Part shown: positions 1 through 13,465 of the stretch, one piece after another
Layout of the letters: each line of letters starts with the position of its first letter
How positions within the stretch are numbered: position 1 is the first letter of the stretch
Assembly (NCBI RefSeq): GCF_964204645.1
Contig: NC_134025.1
Coordinates: 22,672,299-22,736,298 of the forward strand
Source of the DNA: Tubulanus polymorphus
Lineage: Eukaryota; Animalia; Nemertea
DNA: 64,000 nt
Reading direction: 5' to 3'
Notes under the pieces: model-generated
Told to the model about the DNA's origin: nothing
The model's input: only the letters and a program-made list of their open reading frames with translations
Database searches by the model: none
Position numbers and translations under genes: made by a program

Positions 1-877
1 TAGTCGCGTCCGGTCGCTACGATACGAAGGATGATTTCACGGTGGTTCTGCAACCATTTTTCCGCGACACGAAACCGCCGCTGAATTCCAGAGTAAGAAT
101 TTGTCAGTCTACCAACAAGATTCGTGCCGTTGCAATTTTCGACGCTTCTTCCTGCATTTTATACGCATTTTCTCCATTTCAGGGCAAACCAGATTTGTCG
201 TATTTTGCGCCCGACTGCTTCCATTTCAGCGATTTAGGACACGCCGCTGCTGCCGAGGCTTTGTGGAATAACATGGTATACTCGCTTGAAAAAATGCTGA
301 AAAGGTTTTTTTCCATATATAGATTATTCATATATCCCCCTTCCATTTCTTGATAGGTTGAACCGGAGGGTGAAAAAAGAACTGACTGGAAACTCGGAGA
401 ACCATTGGAATGCCCGGAATCGGTAAAGTTCGTTCTAACCAGAAATACGCAAATGATTCCTCATAATCCTAAGCTTACAATCACTTGGAAAAACTTAGCA
501 ATTTTCTGCACTAGAAAAGTCGATATATTCATTTGAAATGTTTGTCCGTGTTTCAGAGTTTTCCGTATTTTTCCACATCGAAAAACAACGATCAGGTGAA
601 GGCTGCCCGAGCGGCTACTGTCGCCGCTGGGAAATTCGGCGTTTCTCGTAACGCCAGACCTTCGCTATTGCGCGCACAACAGGAATCGTCCGAATCCACC
701 GATCACTCTTCGTCAAGCTTTACCGGAGGCGTAATAGGCGGGGTAGTTCTTCTCGTCTGTCTGGCCGGAATCATTTTCGGGGTAGTTTTGTACCGCCGTC
801 GAACGAACCGCGCGAGGTCGTCGTCGATCTTAAAAGATTCGGCGGCGAATACCGTTACATATTCTAATTTCATGTGA
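1..877 (+). CDS. PLB1: Phospholipase B1, membrane-associated (3' exons; gene starts upstream of window)
   Basis: Exons <1-92, 183-275, 357-422 and 557-877 with GT-AG introns. They give [53 protein letters not shown], the end of an SGNH/GDSL repeat with the catalytic DxxH. A C-terminal TM helix ([23 protein letters not shown]) and a basic stop-transfer follow. Confidence 0.9.
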
Positions 878-2067
878 ATATAATAAATATTGTTGTGATA
901 TATATAATCCGTGTAAAATCCTGTTATGTTGATCTACATTTCATATGGTGCTAGGAAATTTAGCATTTATTATTTCAATGTCATGTTAACTTTGTGTTTA
1001 TAGATCTAAATTTTGTATAAATTTCATTTCGAAGATCGGTTTGCGATATCATATCATTTCAACGTGTCCGACTAGAAGACACTTGTATTTGAAACCATTC
1101 GATTATTTAATAAATACTAAAAATCTACGAACACTGTGCCGTGAAGCTTATTTTTTCGGAATTTCATTATCAAAGTGGAGTTTGTGTTCATCAGTCTTAC
1201 GGTCAGTCGCACCTGACAACGACCCGCTGCATTTATTTGTTTCTTTTTAAAAAATGTCACTACTCTCTGATCTAGTGTTATGTAAAACAAACAAACCAAA
1301 AATATTTTGTGAAACTAAAAAAGCATTCTTGTTATATAACACTATATATTCAAGTGTTCTTTTACTTACGTATCTCTAGTTTTTTCAAAAAAAGTGTATT
1401 GCTTTTCGAAACCATTTATCCGAGATACGGATGTTTATTTTCTCGAATTCCCGTCGTGACAATAAATTCATATCTGTCACGACACGGGGCGATTTATAGG
1501 TCGGAATTTGAACACATCGAGACAAGTGTTTCTCAACAAAAAGGACGAAATAAAACCTGTCGGATGTAGGAAATGTATTAGTCGAAGGATTAACGCAAAA
1601 CAGAAAACTGTCGCGCGCGCAGCCATGGTGACATGTATCTATTCTACTTTGCCGACGAAAAGTAAACGTGTTTTCACCGAGTCTATACACAACGACTCGT
1701 TACTAATCGACTTAAGCGGCTCTTGTCGCGTAAATATGACAACAGCTGTATCACGTTAAAGAATGGCACCGAGAAAGAAACATATCTTTTTACATTGTGA
1801 CCGTAATAACGGGAATTAATTTCACACTGCGTCGCTCATATTCATGTATTTTGACGTATTCGCTTAAGTAGCGGTGACGAATGCACATTAAATGTCTACA
1901 GGACTGGTACTGGCGTGTAGTTTCGGCGCGCGATCGCGTAGCCATGTGTGAAATCAAACATATCTAAACACGGTACAAGTCCGCGCACAAGCTGCCGGTA
2001 GAGGAGGTAAAAAGAGAGGGTGCTTCTTAGGTGATTAACGGAGTGAAAAGGTGATCACTGATTTACG

Positions 2068-4002
2068 ATGTTTATAACGGTGAAATTCGGAAAAAATGAA
2101 TCGCTTTTGTGTAATCCGAGTTGTTCGGTTATAAACTTGTTAACGAACATCAAACAGCGAGCCGGATTTTCGGAAACGGGTGTCACTTTGGATCTATCGG
2201 ACGAAAAAGGTAATAAAACAATTTGGACAATAAACAATGACAATCTAAATCTATATCGATAAAATCTATGAATAAATATTTAAAAATGTCTTGCGCGTGT
2301 TAGTATAGATTGCGGAATGTATGTTTCGCTGTCTATAGGATAAAACCTCGGGTGACATAAATGTCATTTTTGTGTCAAAAGTTTACAAAATTATCTGTTT
2401 CGATTAGATATAAACCGTGAAACACTGGTGTCGATAATACATTCGTCCGTATTATAGGCAACGATCTACGTGAATTGTGTCGTTACATAGATGGAATGTA
2501 TTGACGCGTAATAATAATCTAATATATCATTAATGCAAATAGTTTTCATTCAGCGACCACTCTGTTTCATATACTATTAGGTAATTGATTTTATTTGCGT
2601 GTCTACCGCATTATTGAAAATGCCGGGCAGCCGAAATCAAACAACCGTTGCTCGGCATGCGTTTAGGAAAGATTTGATAAAAGCAATGAAAAAAGTGGCC
2701 CATATTTTCACGCGTGGTGCAGGTTGTATATATGTGATTTTTTAATAACGAATGCCATATATATATACGTATTTAGGAAATATATATTCAATCAAAGCAA
2801 TGACGACATTAGAACAGATAAACTCTAATGGGTACGAATTAGAAAAAAAGTGGCCCATTTTTTCACGCGGGTTGCGGGTTGTCTATGTAGAATTTGTGAA
2901 TGACATACATACGCATTCAAAACACTGAATTAAAAGCTCCAAAAAGAAAGTGGTTTTCAAACACTGTAATCGAACGTTTTTAAAACAGGTATATTCAGCT
3001 TTTCATATCAATTTCATTTCAAACAAAGACTTTGAAGATATTTGCCCGTTACGCTTAAGCAATCATAATTGATGACTTAAGGTAGGCTATGCACGATTCC
3101 TGGACTAGAATACACACCTTAATTGAATTTTACTGTGTCAAATTAACTCAAAATATTTGGCGTGCGATCACCGGTCCTTGTTATCTATTTCGGTTTCTTT
3201 TTTTGTCACCAAGGCATAAAGCAAACATTTTCTTCAATAGAAACCATGATAGGTGTATTTCAAAAGACTCATTGTTAGCTTTAAATCGAAATATACAAAA
3301 CACTCGGTAAAGTAAGAATTTCTAAACGTTTTTAATGTAAAAATCCACGAAACATCAGGATCCAGTTCCACAGTTGTGAGTTAAAGTTAACTATGATTAA
3401 AATCTTAACTCGGAACTGTGGAACTGGACCCCTCTGTTTTACGTACAAATACAGTCAAGGTCCGTTAACGCCATCTTTTTAATGCAAATTTGCTCAATGT
3501 AACTCAAATCCAATGAAAATACCATACTTTATAACGCCAAATTCGTTTTGGTGCCGCTTTTTTCACTGGTCCCACAAGTGGCATTATTAAAGACTTAGCT
3601 GTATATATATTTCAGCTAATATTTCAAATGTTTTGAATGAAGAAAATTATCAAACGTGATAGTAATGTTGATTTTGGTCGTTTTGCAGGGTTAATTAAAG
3701 AACTGGACCTACATAAATATGATAACGCGAACAATTTTCTACAGTCACACAGTACCTACATTCTGGTCGAAAAACAATTGATAGACAATCACCACGACCC
3801 AGACGCGGGTCGCACTTCGCCGATACCTCCTCAATATCAGTACGTGCCGCTGCTGAAAGGATACGAAGAGCTATTTCCCGAGTATAAACTTCAAATTCCG
3901 CAACTAGAAAACAAAATACAACGAAAGCCACGTCTAAGCGCGAGAAAATCGCCGAGTCCGGCTGGCAAAAAGGTGAAGAAGAAATTGAGCCGGAAAAGAT
4001 GA
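2068..4002 (+). CDS. CXorf65/C22orf15-family uncharacterised protein
   Basis: Two exons, 2068-2209 and 3689-4002 (phase-1 GT-AG intron). MFITVKFG..LCNPSCSVINLLTNIK..LDLSDEKG-LIKEL..ANNFL..TYILVEK..YVPLL, then a basic tail, resembles the CXorf65/C22orf15 family. Confidence 0.7.
3359..3431. mobile_element. Short palindromic MITE (Harbinger-like ends)
   Basis: GATCCAGTTCCACAGTT...AACTGTGGAACTGGACCC inverted ends. Same end motif as the element at 38644-38841; a fragment lies near 9627. Confidence 0.6.
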
Positions 4003-4369
4003 ATAGTTTTTTTGTAGCGACCGTTATATTTCAATGAAGTGTAGGCTGACGATTGATGAGTAGTATTATTGAATTGCGGTGACGTTTATGTTTCTTATCG
4101 TGCCATATTGACAGAACGACGGTTTCAATTTTATGCGTATTTGAGGGTTTCTTAGCGTGACTGAAGTGAAGTAGCATCATTAGCAACCTTATAGATAGCA
4201 TAACGACGCATACAACGAAGAGGTTTACGTGATGCTGGATTGATAGGTGTGATGATAGTCCGACGATACTAAATCAAATTCGTCAGAAATCACTCCTCTA
4301 TGTGAACAAGTCTTATGTTGAATAAATATGTATATATTTACCTATTGTTTGCTCCTATCTTATATGAAC

Positions 4370-4860
4370 GATGTCTCCATGGCAAAGGATACTTTTCTTC
4401 AGCAGAGGTTGAACACAATTTGCTATCGATTTACTGTCCCATACCTTCAAAGGACGCTGCGGTCCAGGGACACCGTGCCCACTTTGTGAAATGCTTGGAA
4501 ATCTAGCGATTTCAATTCAACACCTCGGGAAGGAATACAGAATCTTTGCAATTGATCTCCGCTATTAGGAAATGCCATACCATTTCACTATCCAACGCCC
4601 CCTGTTGAACATACATGAACCAATCAAGGCAATATGCTGGGGCGTCGTGAAAGCTTTCCAAATTATCTAAATTCTGTCTACTGAAGCGAACGCAATAGCC
4701 CGTTGGGACTTGAAATACAAGCTGGCTGCGTTCAGAACACCGCAACGGACAAGGAAGGCTTTTTCTGGGGGGATAGAAGCGTCTTTAGACATAATCCACC
4801 GAAGACGTCCATCACGTATCACTGTTTAATTCATCGAAAGAGTAAATTAAAAAAACAAAT
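4370..4860 (+). mobile_element. Possible decayed 3' end of an L1/Tx1-like LINE
   Basis: Stop-interrupted frame reads GTPCPLCEMLGNLAISIQHL..KAICWGVVKAFQII*..ANAIARW, resembling the C-terminal CCHC region of LINE ORF2. An A-rich tract follows. Confidence 0.3.
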
Positions 4861-5964
4861 TATACTTTCATAAACAAATTTGAATTCTTTATTTCCTCAG
4901 CTACTAAATATGCTACACACTACAGAAAACAGATCTGTATCGAGGTCGTAAAAACATCGCGGTCATAAACAATGTGAGCTGAATCGAAGTATTATTACCG
5001 AACAGGTCTCTTTTATTTTTCCTAGTAAATCATGTGTCGTATGGATTTATGTTTTATCAATAATGAACACGAACTGTAGAATTGCGACTGCTTTGATAAT
5101 ATCCAATACGATTATAAACCTGTCTCGGCCGAGAATACTCTGTCTAACGAGAAAACAGCTAATGAAAGTTGAATCGACACACAAATGCGGAGACACAACT
5201 GACGTATCCACTGTTTTTAATTATAAATTTTTGAATAATAAAATTTGCGTTTTGAATCCGTATAGAGTGAGTGTTTATCACATAACTCAGGAAAGGTCGG
5301 ATACACAATGTAATATATACACTGAAACGAGTCGAAGACCGCTACAAATTCAAGCTTAAATGTTTGCATCGGCAGAACAACCTTGCTTCATTTTAAGCTT
5401 CCATATTTGTCTCTCAAAGTCATCTTACACGTGAAGGATATTTCTTTGGGAACTATTTTTAATCATCGATAAACAATTCCTATGCAACGGTGTGTAAATA
5501 AGACGTCAAAATGCAGCTTACATCATTCACAAAAGACAATTATTTACCTTCATTTCAAGTCGATAGACTATAACTCATCAAATATTTTTTTTTAGTTGTG
5601 CAAACGAAATAAAGCTTGTCCATATCGTAGATCAACTGTGAGATGGAAATGAATCGTAAAAAATATCTATGTAGCGATTCATCTGTCTGTTTATCTTTCA
5701 TCATCGTTTGATTATGTAGTAACCGTTTGAGAGATATTCATTTTATTCACGTGATTACAGCCATCAAAACTGAATAATCCACCAATAGCTATCACGAGCA
5801 ATGGTGCCGTGGTACATATGTATACTATTACGAATGTCAAAAGGTCAGCTGAATTATCCGAATTTTTATCTGAGATTATTCAAAACAGGCCCCCGCAGAA
5901 CTTTTTTCTTCCGTCATTCTAAAGCATATCACCAAGTGGACTTAACATTAATAGGTAGTATTGT

Positions 5965-7836
5965 TCAGGTGACCTCAAGCTGTGAAGGATTCATTTTTGT
6001 TATGCTCTCCGGAAAATTGTCTTTCAATAAAATGCCTTTATCTCTGTTAGAGTCCAATTCATCTATGAATCCAAACCAATAGATAACCATACCAGGTCCG
6101 AATCTGTTAAAAATATAAATATAAAAATATAAGTCATACCACTTACTGATTCCATCTATGAACAATAAAGATATTGCTCTTTGCACTGATCAAATATTCA
6201 TATCACTATGGATAGAAATTTACCCACCGATTCCAGTAACTCCAGAATTGATCTTTCAGGTAACCCTGATGACTGTATTCATCACCAAACGACGCCTTGC
6301 TCTCAATCCAATTCACTACATGGCCATCCACAGCTAGAATATTATTGATATATCATTAGAAAATATTCAAATTGTCCCTGCCCAAGAATTTTTATTTCAC
6401 AAAAATTCTTGAAAGCGATGTTATGTGTACTTACCAATGGGAACTTCTAATTTGATATCCGGTGTTTTATCATATCCTTTCAGACGCATTTGATGTTCAT
6501 CTAATATGAGATAGGATACATGGATGTTAATAATGGCAGACAATTCTCGGGTTGCGTTTCAACTCAACAATCCATATATTAATTACCTTGATAAGACAAA
6601 TTATGTTTTTCGACAGCTTTCTTTAGGATAACCTCATATTGCTCTCCAATAGAGCTGAACATTTAGCTAAGGATTTTAAGCGCCTAAAATTATCTGAAGA
6701 TCTGACCGGGGCTTACAACATCATAAAGGTTACTATAAACTTATATCAGCAATTCTTTCTAGTTATTTTCAAAACAACACGAAAATACCCATAATATCAA
6801 TCATTTAACACTTGTAGTAGAAATATTACCAAATTTGACGATACAAGCAAGGATACTGTTTTATACAATCTGCCACAGGACCGCAGTACTCATCATTTAG
6901 AATACACTGAAATTCAAAATAATGTAGTCCAATTAGAATACTTTCGATTGAGAAGATATACTACTAATTAACGAAACTCCTAGTTCATTGAAAAACTTGG
7001 ATACCATGTCGATCTGATAGGCTAGCACCGGATCTGGAATTGTTGTAGTATCTTTCAGCATTTTACTAATAACCGTTCTTGGATTGTTGCCTGAAACAGC
7101 AAAAAATGTTAAAATATTTCAGGCAGCCAAATACTGGGCAGACAGAGCAAAATCTCAACATACTCATTTCACTCTCAAAGTTTAAATGATGAAGGTGTCG
7201 TTCTAAGACAATCCGAGCGAACGGCATCGGGCTCAAATCAACCTAGAACAAAAGGAAAATTGACACAAATGCTAGAACAATGTATGAAAAAAAGAAGGAC
7301 GATACCATTTGTTTTGCAGGCCTGACCTCATCCGCCAATTTTATTAAGACATCGTTGCCATCATTTCTTTTATCCAGATATCTTAAAGTACACAGTAACA
7401 AAATTATAGAGTAATGAACATTATCATAGATGTTCGCAATGAATTGGAATTTACCTCTGATAGTAATCTTCCATCACTTCGAGCGAGTTGTGCTTGTGAA
7501 ATACACGCCTTGATTTTTTCTGCAAAATGCGATTTCCACTACAATGTATATTTGAATTTAGTTTGTGCGTACCGGTATTTATTTTGTGTATCGTAATTCA
7601 ATTACCTGATATTCCAGAGAACAAATACTACCCAATGTATCTTTCGGTATGCTACAAATAAGAAACATGTTCCATTCTTAAAAGATGAAAAAAATTTATA
7701 AATTAATGTAGTTAGCAAAGATCTGATCTTAGTGAAACCCTTACTCTTTGAATTTCTGTACAACTGTATCGAAGTTGGGACGGCATTTGTGGCTTTTTAT
7801 GAAGTCAACAATTTCCCTGTACAAACCTAAATGCAT
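5965..7836 (-). CDS. CDIN1: CDAN1-interacting nuclease 1 (C15orf41), PD-(D/E)XK nuclease
   Basis: Multi-exon minus-strand gene: [14 protein letters not shown]..; [16 protein letters not shown]; [22 protein letters not shown]; [27 protein letters not shown]; [31 protein letters not shown]. These closely match human C15orf41 motifs. Confidence 0.93.
6655..6856 (-). other. U12-type (minor spliceosome) GT-AG intron in CDIN1
   Basis: 5' splice site GTATCCTTG. Branch-like TCCTTAGC lies about 10 nt before the AG, with no long polypyrimidine tract. Splicing restores DCIKH|SIGEQY. Confidence 0.8.
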
Positions 7837-7869
7837 GGTTTTAACAAAATTCGCCGTATTATGACCTGA

Positions 7870-8286
7870 AAAGTAAAAATGGCAAAATTAAGAAAAAATC
7901 GTTTTTGTTCATTAATTAGTGCGACCTCAAATATGGCTTCGGAGGACTCGGGCGGAAGAAAGCTAATTTAAACAATTCTAAAGCAATCGAGTGAATGACA
8001 GCGTTACACATGTTCTCCGTCGGGTTCGAATCTAAATAGGGAATCTTTATCTCGACCACAAAAAGGTTAATTCCAACGTGAAACATACTTTAAAAGCGAT
8101 TTTAATGGGATAATTTTTAGATTAGCTCGACGACCTTGACTGCGATCGATTATCTCGGAGCAGCGGGTAATTCAAAACAAAGATGGCTGCCATTCTGTTA
8201 ACCACGTCCAAAAAACGACACGAAATCGTTTTGAAAATGCATTTCTAGTTCACGAAAGCTGCTCAGATCACGATGACTATGTGGGC
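7870..8286. promoter_or_regulatory. Bidirectional promoter CDIN1/ETAA1
   Basis: Head-to-head start codons about 450 bp apart. Contains a YY1-type AAGATGGCTGCC (~8179) and an ETS-like GCGGAAG (~7952). Confidence 0.55.
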
Positions 8287-11200
8287 ATGAACATGAGTAA
8301 ACGGCACCGCGATCTGTCTTATCGACTGAAGCTTTCAAATAAGCGTCAACAAACGTCAACAACTTCCATCAGTCAACAAACTCCTGTCAGTGTCACCTCG
8401 CCCTCGCCGACCACGACGACAGCAGCGCCATCATCAACCGGTGCGTATGATGGCACCATGAAAAAAGCTGAGCATCATCGCCGAGACATTAGAATGAGCG
8501 GCCTAGGGAAGAAGGATTCAGATAAGAGTGAATTTGGTAAATTAAAGAGAGCCTTGCTTGCTGCTGTGGCGTTAGTCAGTACCTAGCCGACAACACTGTG
8601 GCGTGGCGCCGTGGGACTTGTCACAATTGATGCCATGATGGATAGTGAATGCATGAAAAACCAGAAGACCGTAACAACGACTGGTATTCAGACTACAGTA
8701 GGCCCCTATCAGAGTCAATGACCAATCCCAGTATCTCTGTATCTCTGTATAATGAAGATATTCAGGGGTACTGGGGTCATTGATAGGCCTACTGCTTTTA
8801 CCCATTCTCTATCAATTGTGACAAGTCCCTGTGATTGAATACATTACACTATTGGCCAAAGGGTCCGATTTAGGTTTTATGTGGGACAACATATTCCAGC
8901 ACTCCATAAAAACCTTACTTGGACCCTTATATTGTAAGAATGTATTTGTTCTATTGTATGGCTTGAAAAAATAGCTTTTACTGTGTTTAATGTTGTATTG
9001 GTGATCTATTTCCTTGAATTTAGATAAAATGCAAATTTGAATTTGTTTACAGAGAAACTGTCAGGCTTCGATATGATGTCACCAATTGGCAGACGAAAAA
9101 TGTGTATCCAACGAACTCCGGTTCAAGCGGTCATGTTGGATGACTTTAATTTTCAAGGCTCACAAATATCCGATTCACAAGCTGATGTTAAGTGGGATTG
9201 TACTTCACCTGAGGCTATCAAAAATGTCCAATTAGGTAGGTAGCTTGTTAGGTGCCTAATCGGTGATGGTAAGAATCAGATGGCCTTTGTGAAAATATCC
9301 GATCGTGAAACTAAACTACATACAGGTTACTCACCAGTAGAGGTAGCCTACTTACATATACTCAATGCCCAAAGAGAAAAAGAGGCCCAAAAATGATAAG
9401 AGCTATGCTTAATGTTATGCCTAATACTAATGAAATCATCAAAAGAAGGTCTATGAAAATTTTTGATACTGAATTTCTATCTATTTGCAGTTAATGGAGA
9501 AAGTAAAAGCCTGAATGATATGCTCAAGATAGTGTCCTCACAGGTAGCAATCACTGGAAGAATTATTTTAACAACTTTCAATCATCTCTTATCAAAAACT
9601 AATTAAGATATTTTTGAATCCCTTGTTCCAGTTCCACAGATTTTGGTTTAATTCAACTAATTAGATTCACTGTCATAGAATTGTCAGAATGTGGAGCGTT
9701 TCAAACCACCTCCCGTGTGGGCATGGTGTCCCTGAAACCCTAATCTCTATTTTTCAGCAAGCTCCAGTTCCATCGTCTACCCCGCCGTTACTCGGAATTT
9801 GGATGCAGAAAAACGATCACGAGTCGTCGTCGCCAAAACGAGCTATTCAAAAAACAAGGATGTAAGTAGTTCAGAGAAATTAATTTCGAGCTTAGAGGAA
9901 AATATTATTGAATTTTATACTGGTGATTTCCATCTCTGTTTTTGTCCTATCATATCATACCATATCATTATATACCATCAAAAAAGCCCATAGGCCTATG
10001 TAGATAGCCTCATTAGTTTAGATTCTTAGTGTCCTTTCTGATATAAGTACTTAAAGTACCTCTCTTAAACTGTTCTTTATGAGGGTGTCGCTATATAAAA
10101 TAAGTCCTACGTAACGTCTCAAAGATTTGTCTTAAAATTTTCTATAAAATATAGTTTTCTCTTGTTGCTGTTGAAAATACTAGTGCTCTCTGTATCTATT
10201 TCTACGTGCTTTTAAGTTTCCCTGATTGTACTGTGGTGTGGGATGGCAAAGATATGGCTGTAGATTCAGACTCCTCGGCCGAGGAGCCGCTCGTTGTTTC
10301 ACTTGGCGTTAATGTCAATCCATTCATCACTGGACAATTTGGATATTGTCAAACTCGCTTATGTCATCTTTAGTGAGACCATTTACAATATGAATTGGAA
10401 CTCAAAAATAGTCAACGTATGTAATGTAATGACTCATGTGATGATTGCAAAGCGAGTTTGATTGTATTTCAATTTATGAGATAGAATGTACAATACAGTG
10501 TAAGCCAGAGTATACAGAATCTCATATGTTGCCCATGTAGAATTTATTTTGCCATGTCGAATATATTTTGTTAATTTTCATGTAATATTTAGGGGTATTC
10601 GGAAGGCAGGTGTTGAACGCCGCAGAAAAGATATATTATCGACGTCGTCTCTGGAATTATTGCAGCGATTAGCGGCTGTCGTCGAAAAACAAAAAGAGTA
10701 AGTAATTCAATCATAATTTCACTTTGAATATTCCATATAGATGAATAATTAATCTAGGTTATAGTACACAGAAGGTAAGTAAGCTGATTTGAACTTAAGT
10801 TGTCAGAGTTGAGGTACTATGATTAAGTCGCGACTTATCCAAATGACGACTTGCAGTAAAGTAAATGGAAGCGGGATTCACAAATAGAGTTGCGATGAAT
10901 TGTCTGATGACTTTTTAGTGAGTTTTACTATATTTTTACAATTGTTTCTATCGCTGAATGTTATCGCTACTGATCATAGCAGTTTTCTGTTTTGATATCG
11001 AGGCAAAACATTTGAATTATGTTTCTTCTGAGGATGTGCAATGTTGCTTTTCTTTTCTATTTCTATTCGTGTTTCAGATACAGTGTTCATGAAACTATTT
11101 GTACATCAGGTTAGATGACAGTCTGACTTGTGCATCTGATGTTTGAGAATTAACTATTTTGTGATAATTTTTGTAGGCCGAAGCGAGTCGATTATCAACT

Positions 11201-13465
11201 CAGAACCGATCAGGATATGACTAGTACCGATTTATTCGATTCCGATGATGTGCCGGGATTTCCGACTCGATCTCAATTCGAACCTAGTCCGATTCTACAT
11301 CCGACCGTCAGAATACAGTCGCAAAACTCAGCGGAGATTACTCACCGCTCGAGTAACTCACCCGCCGCAGCCGGTAACAATAGTAGTAAGGACATGTTTA
11401 CCGACGAAAGTTGGGAGAATATTCCGTTGGACGTTGCGATAGTTGAGAATAAAGCAGTTGCCGATCGATCGAAAGCAAATCCCGATGTGGGCAATAAAAG
11501 CTGGGATGACGACGACTTGTTCAACTCGTCGTTTCTGATGAAAGCGACGCAAACGATGACTGACGAATTGTACGACGCGAATACGCAGAGGTTTCGCACT
11601 CCGCAACCGAAATCGACGGATGCTACAGACGTTTCACGTTTGCCCGGAAATTCGCGTTTTCCTCAGAATGTTTCGAACCAACGGAGACGATCACCGTCTG
11701 AAACGACGACGCCAGTAATCAGGCAAAAATTATTCGGACCCGCGCGAAATTCGAGTAAAAATCCAGCGAATTTTAAGGCGAAAAGTAACGTTTACAGGAA
11801 TTCGAGTAAAAATTCCGATTCAAAAACCTCGAACACTACTTGCGTTAAAAAAGCTGTCGGCGATACGAACGTTTCGAAAATGAAAAATGCGTTCGCGAAT
11901 AAGAAATCCCCGCCGTTGAAATTTTCTAGTCCGAAAGTGAACGCGCATTCGACGGTTCCCAGTTGGAAAGACACCAGTATAACGGACGATTTGCTGATGG
12001 AATTAGCGGAACCGGATGAAATTCTCGATAGTCAAGTGAGCCAGTTGAAGGCGAGAACTTATCAGAACCACGATGGCATCATCGCTCCAACGCCCGTAAA
12101 TAACTTAAATAAGACTGCTTGTAGTAGAGGTAATTCCAAAGTCAATGATACGCCGAGCATTGCAGGGAGTTCTAGTAGTTCTATAGCGAAAAGTAACTGT
12201 GTTTCTTCGAGTCAGGCATCAACTGTTATCTTAGCAGTGTCCGACTGTCAGGATATTGCACCGAGAAGTCAAACGAAAGGCGAAAGTTTAGGTAAATTCC
12301 CTTTGACAAAAAGATATGACAGAGTTTTTGATCGAAATTATCTACCGGTAACTACCGGGAATTATCTACCGGGAAATTTCGGAGTGGTATGGCCGAGTGG
12401 TTAGAGCGCTTGCCTCTGGGAAGCCAGGTTCGAACCCCGTACATTGCCATAGTGTCCTCACAAGTGGCAAGACACTTATCCTCATTATTGCCTCTCTCCA
12501 CTCAGGAGTAAATGAGTACCTGGCCTGAAAGATGACTCCTGAGCACTTGTTAGCCGCTCAGTGTTACTTCTCCCCAGGGAGAGATGACTGATACATGTTA
12601 AGAGTATCAAATGGCTGGGGTAATAATACGGAAAAATAGCTATATAAGACACATATTATTATTATTATTGAATTTGGATTTCATTTCTGGTTGTTCAATT
12701 TTTCTCCATGAGGGTTTCATTGTATCTGGGTTTGTTAAAATGTGGTTCCACTGTAATCCCAACTTTTTCTGCATAGTCGAGATTACTATTTCAGGATTTG
12801 ATTTCTGTGATGATGAGATGTTGTCGGAGCCTGCTATTCTTGCAATGTTGGACGAGGTAGAATGTAAGTAAGGATGATAAAAAACCTTGTCTACACGTAA
12901 AAAGCATGAATCCAGAGGCGTTTTTATTGAAGCAACTCGAATCAACACGGATCGAATCGCCCATTTATTTAAGCAACGCGCCTACAACGATTTGCCTACA
13001 ACGTCCATTTATTTAACCAAATCGCCAACGCGAGTACCCAATGCGACCAAATCGCTCATCGGAGCACTTTGATTCGATTTGCTACGACAGTGGAGCGTTC
13101 AGTGATAGATCAAAAACAAAATTGCGGCTTTTTTAATCGCAGAAAATTCGGGTTCCAGTTATGGAGAGTAGGGTCATTTATTTAAGGCGATTCGATTTGT
13201 ACCCATGACAGTAATCGACGGAGCAAAGCGATTTTATACGAGTTGCTTAAATAAAAACGCCTCAGCATTAACAGAATTGTTTTATGCTTTCATTTTGCCT
13301 GCCTTTTCAGCTCAAGCCACTCAGAGCAGTCAAAGAAGCACGGGTAGCAGCTCCTTGAGTAGCAGTCAACCAAAATATTCCGCCGATGACATTGAGAAAA
13401 AGAAATTGGCTGCGATCAAAAGACGCCAGGAAAAAATAACTTCATCGCAAATAAGATACGCTTAA
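8287..13465 (+). CDS. ETAA1: ETAA1-like RPA-binding ATR activator
   Basis: Multi-exon gene. ATR-activation-domain-like DVKWDCTSP..LLGIW; central SWDDDDLFNSSFLMKATQ; acidic motif DDLLMELAE; C-terminal KYSADDIEKKKLAAIKRRQ resembling the ETAA1/TIPIN/SMARCAL1 RPA32C-binding motif. The large low-complexity exon starts at ~11178. Confidence 0.78.
8611..8833. mobile_element. MITE (GGGACTTGTCACAATTGAT ends), same family as 24805-26093
   Basis: GGGACTTGTCACAATTGAT...ATCAATTGTGACAAGTCCCTGTG inverted ends in ETAA1 intron 1. Confidence 0.7.
10355..10466. mobile_element. Tc1/mariner-like MITE remnant
   Basis: GTCAAACTCGCT...AGCGAGTTTGATTGTA inverted ends. Coordinates approximate. Confidence 0.4.
12381..12628 (+). 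mobile_element. tRNA-derived SINE
   Basis: Box A TGGCCGAGTGG and box B GGTTCGAACCC, then a CORE-like body (GCAAGACACTT..TGCCTCTCTCCACTCAGGAGTAAATGAGTACC) and a TAATAAT tail. Two further copies lie on the minus strand in this window. Confidence 0.8.
12916..13262. mobile_element. PIF/Harbinger-like MITE
   Basis: 24-bp TIRs AGGCGTTTTTATTGAAGCAACTCG / CGAGTTGCTTAAATAAAAACGCCT (1 mismatch) flanked by a CAG TSD. Confidence 0.75.

Noticed and set aside
2685-2900. Two diverged ~55-bp direct repeats in an intron
   Set aside because: Only two copies with no other structure; probably an old local duplication.
11217-12404. Stand-alone 395-aa gene
   Set aside because: It is the large internal exon of ETAA1 (acceptor ~11177, donor ~12292) read on into the intron.
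12381-12450. tRNA gene
   Set aside because: It has A/B boxes but no complete cloverleaf and continues into a SINE body repeated elsewhere.
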